This document shows positions 26,983 to 32,000 of a stretch of 32,000 nucleotides of DNA, one piece after another. Source of the stretch: an uncultured bacterium (GTDB lineage: Bacteria > Auribacterota > JACPWU01); the NCBI GenBank assembly GCA_964640155.1, contig CAZXEQ010000004.1:120001-152000 (forward strand), in the 5' to 3' direction. The position numbers and the translations under genes were made by a program. The notes under the pieces were generated by a model. That model was not told where the DNA came from, searched no databases, and saw nothing but the letters and a program-made list of their open reading frames with translations. Numbering within the stretch: position 1 is the first letter of the stretch; each line of letters begins with the position of its first letter.

Positions 26983-28698
26983 TTGGTAAAAAAATTCAGC
27001 AATGATGATTTTAGTCGATTTTTACTAGAACGACATGCTTTAGATGAAGAAAGAGTGCGTCTTTCTTTGCGTGAGGCGACCAAGTCGACCTCAAGTTTAG
27101 CTCAGGCTATTTTGAAGTTAGGCTATTTATCTGAAGATCGACTGATTCCCCTTTTGGCAGCCTTTTTAAAAATTCCCCATCAGCGTCTGGCTGAAAAAAA
27201 TATTCATCAAGATATTATTTCAAAAGTTCCTGCAAAGTTTGCTCATCACTATCGTTTTTTACCCGTAGAACTTGAAAACGACAAGCTTGTGATTGCAACC
27301 CATGACCCTCTTAATCTCGAACTTCTGGATGAAATTAAACTTGCTTTGGAGTGTGAACTTAAAGCCATTCTTGCCGGAGAGAAAGACATTCAAGAAGCAT
27401 TAAAAAAATATTATGGCATCGGAGCAGAAACGGTTGAAAGAATGCTCAATGAATCAGGGACACAGGTTGAAATTGAAAAACCCATGATTCGCACTGAAGA
27501 AATTTCCGGTGTGGCAGAAAATGAAGATGCTTCAATTATTAAGTTTGTGAATCAAATTTTGTATGAAGCTTATAAAGAGCGTGCAACAGATATTCATATT
27601 GAACCTTTTGAAGGTGATTTGAGGGTTCGCTATCGTATTGATGGTGTTTTAAATCAAGCTTCTCTTCCCCCCTCGATTCGTCATTTTCACGCTTCGATTG
27701 TCTCGCGTATTAAAATCATGGCAGATCTAGATATTGCAGAAAGACGTCTCCCCCAAGATGGAAGAATTAAAGTGAGAATGGGTGATGAAGAACTTGATTT
27801 GAGAGTTTCCATTCTTCCCACACCTTATGGGGAGACGGTCAATATTAGACTTCTTTCCAGTCAAACCACACTTTTGGAACTTGAAAAACTAGGATTTTTA
27901 CCAGAGGAACTCGCCATATTAGAAACCATGATTCGTAAACCCCATGGCATTATTTTTGTCACAGGACCTACAGGCAGTGGCAAAACAACAACGCTCTATG
28001 CCTGTCTTTCTAAATTAAATAGCGAAGAAAAGAAAATTATTACGGTTGAAGACCCTATCGAATATTTGATGAAAGGCATTACTCAAGTCCAAGTACATCC
28101 CAAAATTGATTTAACTTTTGCCCGGACTTTAAGATCTATGCTACGCCATGATCCTAATGTGATGATGGTGGGAGAAGTCAGAGATTTTGAAACAGCGGAG
28201 ATTACGATTCGCGTGGCTTTAACGGGACATTTAGTTTTTAGCACTGTTCATACGAATGATTCAGCAGGTGCTGTTACACGATTGATAGATATGGGCGTGG
28301 AGCCTTATTTGGTTGCTTCTTCTGTTGAATGTATTATTGCTCAAAGATTGGTAAGACTCATTTGCTCTCAATGTAAAACTCAAGTTAAATTAACCGCCGA
28401 TGAGTTGTCTCGAATGGGACTGGATGGTAAGGCAGCCTCGGTTCCTATCTATGATGGTAATGGTTGTGAAGCCTGTAAGTTTACAGGTTATAAAGGACGT
28501 ACCGCCATTTATGAATTTTTAGTTTTAGATGACGAACTTAGGAATTTAATTGTAAAAAAAACACCTGCTCATGAAATTAAAGCCTTAGCCATTTCAAAAG
28601 GTATGAAAACGTTAAGAGATCAGGGATGGGAAAAAGTCAAAAAAGGGTTGACCAGTGTGAGTGAAGTTTTAAGAGTAAGTCAGGATGAGACGGACTAG
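26983..28698 (+). CDS. gspE: Type II secretion / type IV pilus assembly ATPase (GspE/PilB family) with an N-terminal T2SSE_N (MshEN-like) domain
   Basis: 571 aa. Walker A GPTGSGKTT, Asp/His boxes, Walker B MMVGEVRD and a tetracysteine CSQC...CEAC. The N-terminus carries two LGxL-type helices (FLLERHALDEERV, ILKLGYLSEDRLIPLL). The apparent start is TTG. Confidence 0.9.
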   Translation: MVKKFSNDDFSRFLLERHALDEERVRLSLREATKSTSSLAQAILKLGYLSEDRLIPLLAAFLKIPHQRLAEKNIHQDIISKVPAKFAHHYRFLPVELENDKLVIATHDPLNLELLDEIKLALECELKAILAGEKDIQEALKKYYGIGAETVERMLNESGTQVEIEKPMIRTEEISGVAENEDASIIKFVNQILYEAYKERATDIHIEPFEGDLRVRYRIDGVLNQASLPPSIRHFHASIVSRIKIMADLDIAERRLPQDGRIKVRMGDEELDLRVSILPTPYGETVNIRLLSSQTTLLELEKLGFLPEELAILETMIRKPHGIIFVTGPTGSGKTTTLYACLSKLNSEEKKIITVEDPIEYLMKGITQVQVHPKIDLTFARTLRSMLRHDPNVMMVGEVRDFETAEITIRVALTGHLVFSTVHTNDSAGAVTRLIDMGVEPYLVASSVECIIAQRLVRLICSQCKTQVKLTADELSRMGLDGKAASVPIYDGNGCEACKFTGYKGRTAIYEFLVLDDELRNLIVKKTPAHEIKALAISKGMKTLRDQGWEKVKKGLTSVSEVLRVSQDETD

Positions 28699-28701
28699 TC
28701 T

Positions 28702-29907
28702 ATGCCCCAGTTCAAATATACTGCAAAAGGGATTGGATCTGATGTTGTGGAAGGGGTTTTAGAAGCTCGAAGTGAGGAAGAAGCCATAGCGCTTTTGCAA
28801 AGCCGAGGTCTTTTCCCCTTACAAATGTCATCTGATCTTTCGGGCGTGCCCTCCTCTCAACCTCATTCCTATCGTATACGCAAAAGAGATTTCTCTCTTT
28901 TTGTGCGCCAGCTTTATGACATGCTATCTTCAGGCGTTACCCTTCTTCGTGCTTTAGAAATTGTTGAATCTCAAGCACAGGGAAAAGATATGAAGGAAGT
29001 TCTCAATGGATTGCTAAATTCTGTTCGTAAGGGAGAAAGATTTTCAGATGCGTTAAGGCTCTATCCATTAATTTTTAATCATCTTTTTGTGAATCTAGTA
29101 CGTTCGGGAGAAGCAAGTGGTGCTTTGGATCAAGTATTAATGAGACTGGCTGATTTTGCAGAAGCCCAAGAAGAAATGAGGTCCAAAGTTAAATCAGCGC
29201 TAGCTTATCCTGTTTTTGTAAGTGTGGTCGGATTTGGGGTAATTGGGGTACTCTTAGGTTTTGTTGTTCCAAGAATGTCAGGCATCTTTGAAGATTTGGG
29301 ACAACGCCTCCCCTTTCTTACAAGCGTTTTAATTTATGTAAGTCATGGAGTAAGTGTGTATGGTTGGATTCTTTTGATTGCAGCTGTTTTTGGATTTCTA
29401 GCATTTAAAAAACATCGTAAGACAGAAGAAGGAAGCATTTTTTGGGAAAACTTATTTTTAAAAACACCTTTTTTCGGAGAAATTCATCGAGACAGTGAAA
29501 TTGCTAGACTCACAAGAACGCTTCATATGCTTTTGGCCAATGGAGTCTCATTTACGGAATCTTTGGAAATTATTCAAGGAACATTGAAAAGTATGATTTT
29601 AGAAAGAGAAATCAGAAATCTTGCTGAAGGAGTTAAAAAAGGTGAACGCATTCGAGAACGTTTAAAAAAGAGTAAATTTTTACCCGTGAATGTAGTAAAC
29701 ATGTTAACCGTTGGCGAGGAAAGCGGAGAGATTGAAAAATCACTGAAAAGAATAGCAGAATCTTATGAGAGGTTATTAGATAGAGATATTAAACTTGCAA
29801 CGTCTCTTCTTGAACCTGTCATGATTCTAATTATTGGAAGTATTGTGGGGTTTATTGTGATGGCAATGCTTTTACCAATATTCCAAATCAATTTTCTGGT
29901 AAAATAG
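28702..29907 (+). CDS. gspF: Type II secretion platform protein (GspF/PilC family)
   Basis: 401 aa. Two T2SSF repeats and three TM segments; the start lies 3 nt after the gspE stop. Confidence 0.9.
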   Translation: MPQFKYTAKGIGSDVVEGVLEARSEEEAIALLQSRGLFPLQMSSDLSGVPSSQPHSYRIRKRDFSLFVRQLYDMLSSGVTLLRALEIVESQAQGKDMKEVLNGLLNSVRKGERFSDALRLYPLIFNHLFVNLVRSGEASGALDQVLMRLADFAEAQEEMRSKVKSALAYPVFVSVVGFGVIGVLLGFVVPRMSGIFEDLGQRLPFLTSVLIYVSHGVSVYGWILLIAAVFGFLAFKKHRKTEEGSIFWENLFLKTPFFGEIHRDSEIARLTRTLHMLLANGVSFTESLEIIQGTLKSMILEREIRNLAEGVKKGERIRERLKKSKFLPVNVVNMLTVGEESGEIEKSLKRIAESYERLLDRDIKLATSLLEPVMILIIGSIVGFIVMAMLLPIFQINFLVK

Positions 29908-29944
29908 CAATGGTATGGACCTTGGTCTATAAGCGGAGATTACT

Positions 29945-30394
29945 ATGATATGTAAAAAAAGAAAAATGCTTTTTCAACAAGGCTTTACCCTTATCGAAAT
30001 TATGCTCGTGGTTTTGATTATTGGGATTCTTGCGGCTTTAGCTGTTCCCAGATTAGTGGGACGTTCTCAGGAAGCACGTGTGACGGCTGCAAAAGCTGAT
30101 ATTGATTCTAACATCAGCGTCGCCTTGGATATGTATGAACTCGACAATGGCAATTATCCCACGACAGAACAGGGCATCGCAGCCTTGGTTCAAAAACCTT
30201 CGGGTTCACCTACCCCAGCAAATTGGAACGGACCTTATTTAAAGAAAATGCCTAAAGATCCGTGGGGTCATACTTATATTTATAAATATCCTGGAGATGT
30301 AAATACCCTAGGATTTGATCTTTTTTCTCCCGGTCCGGATGGAGTAGAAGCAAATGCAGATGATGTAACAAATTGGGAAAAAGCGCAGAGTTAA
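29945..30394 (+). CDS. gspG: Major pseudopilin (GspG family)
   Basis: Prepilin motif QQG|FTLIEIMLVVLIIGILAALAVP with Glu at +5. GspG-type body includes DPWGHTYIYKYPG. GGAG sits upstream of the ATG. Confidence 0.85.
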   Translation: MICKKRKMLFQQGFTLIEIMLVVLIIGILAALAVPRLVGRSQEARVTAAKADIDSNISVALDMYELDNGNYPTTEQGIAALVQKPSGSPTPANWNGPYLKKMPKDPWGHTYIYKYPGDVNTLGFDLFSPGPDGVEANADDVTNWEKAQS

Positions 30395-30431
30395 TTTCAC
30401 TTCATGTTGAGGACGAATTACCTCTATCATA

Positions 30432-30941
30432 ATGGGAAAACAGTTCTTCAAAATTTCATTACAAAACCACAAAAACCGCCAGACTTCTCCTCAGGGTTTC
30501 ACTTTTATTGAGCTTTTAATCGTTGCCACCATCATTGCTATTTTGGTGGCGATGTCCATTCCTCGATTTAGATCTTCTTATGAGAATTTACGCCTTAGAT
30601 CTTTTGTGAGTCGTTTTGAGCGATTAGCTCAAACTGCTCATGAGCTTTCAATGATTCAGGGGCGCATTTATAAAATCTCTATTTTAGAAAGATCCGATAC
30701 CAGTCAAGCCTTTGGTTTATTTCTACAATCCGACGATTCAACAAAGTCCTATATACCTTTGAGCGGTGGTGCTGGGAAACTTCAAGTTCTACCTAAAGCA
30801 TACCGAATTCAAACGGATGAGAATGAAATCTACTTTTATCCGGATGGATCTGTGACCATTTCAAATGTTGGATTTCGTAGTGGAATGGGAGAATTGATCA
30901 CTTGTCAAATAACAGTGACTGCCAAAATAATAGAAAAGTAA
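30432..30941 (+). CDS. Minor pseudopilin (GspH-like by size and position)
   Basis: Prepilin motif PQG|FTFIELLIVATIIAILVAM; 169 aa; follows gspG. Confidence 0.65.
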   Translation: MGKQFFKISLQNHKNRQTSPQGFTFIELLIVATIIAILVAMSIPRFRSSYENLRLRSFVSRFERLAQTAHELSMIQGRIYKISILERSDTSQAFGLFLQSDDSTKSYIPLSGGAGKLQVLPKAYRIQTDENEIYFYPDGSVTISNVGFRSGMGELITCQITVTAKIIEK

Positions 30942-30944
30942 TCA

Positions 30945-31415
30945 ATGAAAAAAACCACTCGAAAATTAAACAGTCAAAATACGGGTATTCTTCTCGTTGA
31001 AGCATTGTTGGCTATTGTCATTTTGAGTGTAGCCATTACGGCAACCATTCGTTCATTTGCTTATGCAACTCGAGTTCATCGAATCACATCTGAAAATTTG
31101 AGAGCAACTCGGCTTGCTTCTGAAAAAATGGCAGAGTTAGAAGCTCTTCCAAAACTTCAAGAGGGAGAATCTAAGGGAAATTTCAAACGTCCTGACGAGC
31201 AGTTTTTCTGGAAACTTCTTATAGAACCTGTGGCTCGTTCAAGCGAAGATGAAAAAGTTGCAACTGTGAAATATTTAAAAACATATTTAAAGGTTAGTTG
31301 GGGATTAAACCAAGCTCACAAAGTTTCAGTCTCTACAATTTTAATTAAGAAAAAAGATGAAAATGACGAAAAAGAAGACACCCATACGAGTTCAACAGGG
31401 ATTAACACTCGTTGA
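30945..31415 (+). CDS. Minor pseudopilin (GspI-like by position)
   Basis: NTG|ILLVEALLAIVILSVAI with Glu at +5; 156 aa. Confidence 0.6.
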   Translation: MKKTTRKLNSQNTGILLVEALLAIVILSVAITATIRSFAYATRVHRITSENLRATRLASEKMAELEALPKLQEGESKGNFKRPDEQFFWKLLIEPVARSSEDEKVATVKYLKTYLKVSWGLNQAHKVSVSTILIKKKDENDEKEDTHTSSTGINTR

Positions 31416-32000
31416 ACTTTTGCTTGCGGCCGCTTTATTCTCCGTGATAGGAGCCATTTTATATTCCATCCTATCTCAGGGTATTCGGCTTTGGCAACAT
31501 TCGGAAAAAGACAGAGATAAGTCAAGCGAGGAGCGAATTGTTTTATCAAAAATAGCAAATGACATTCGTACGGCCTCTATTCATCAATGGGTTCGTTTCG
31601 TTGGAGAAGCAGATCAGATTTATTTTTGTGGTCTAAGGCATTTTAATAAGGAAGATGCTTCCAGCCCTTTGCATTTGGCGAAGGTGAATTATTATTTTCT
31701 AAAATCTGCAAAAAACTCTCAAAAGAAAGGGCTTTATCTCGCAGAATACCCAATCGAATATTCCTTTTCAGACACCCCTCCACCAGGTAAATTGTTTTCG
31801 ACTCTCTTTAAAGATTTTTATTTTGAGTATGGTTATTGGGACTCTGAGGATGAAAAAATAGTAATGAAGAAAAAATGGAATGATCCTAAAACTCTTCCTC
31901 GTTTGGTTGTTTTAAAAGCGCAATCCGACCAACTCTTTTCAAAAACTGTAGTTTTACCTTCAGGAGAATTAGTTGAAATAAATGAGAAGGATTTAGAAGA
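31357..32000 (+). CDS. Minor pseudopilin (GspJ-like), partial; runs off the window end
   Basis: My translation from the ATG at 31357 is MKMTKKKTPIRVQQG|LTLVELLLAAALFSVIGAILYSIL... The frame is open without a stop to 32000, which is why it is absent from the track. It overlaps the upstream pseudopilin gene by ~59 nt. Confidence 0.6.
   Translation, partial: MKMTKKKTPIRVQQGLTLVELLLAAALFSVIGAILYSILSQGIRLWQHSEKDRDKSSEERIVLSKIANDIRTASIHQWVRFVGEADQIYFCGLRHFNKEDASSPLHLAKVNYYFLKSAKNSQKKGLYLAEYPIEYSFSDTPPPGKLFSTLFKDFYFEYGYWDSEDEKIVMKKKWNDPKTLPRLVVLKAQSDQLFSKTVVLPSGELVEINEKDLE

Overview
This is an AT-rich bacterial chromosomal window with about 40 genes, most on the minus strand. All calls come from reading the sequence and the ORF translations by eye, with no searches or folding programs. 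The gene content looks diderm: an O-antigen-ligase-family protein, lipoproteins, a T2SS-like pseudopilin operon and a sigma-54 regulator. I cannot assign a lineage.

Most of the window is housekeeping: radC, nrdR, glyA, rpiB, a tsaC-like fusion, pgsA, holA, mdh, trxA, purC and gmd plus an rmd-like gene. It also holds a PAS histidine kinase with an NtrC-type regulator, two single-domain receivers, and gspE-F-G plus three minor pseudopilins running off the 3' edge. I saw no rRNA, tRNA, CRISPR array, transposase, integrase or phage genes.

Non-routine items:
1. A GC-rich ~180-nt long imperfect hairpin with 6S-RNA-like architecture (5417-5594). It lies in a same-strand array bracketed by two different NYN-family nuclease genes, one with an unusual helical-domain + coiled-coil + NYN architecture, together with radC.
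2. A 47-codon lipoprotein micro-ORF (5199-5342) that is too short for the ORF track.
3. A translationally coupled five-gene operon at 15416-21574: TPR lipoprotein, TPR/coiled-coil/LysM protein, orphan protein, ABC ATPase, ~13-TM permease.
4. An orphan HNH nuclease with a polyacidic tail.
5. A TsaC / LMW-phosphatase fusion sitting in Bacillus-like ywlC-ywlE-rpiB-glyA synteny.
6. Three tandem GC-rich palindromes at 11049-11158.

None of these can be shown to be a new system from sequence alone. They are ranked hypotheses with explicit tests.
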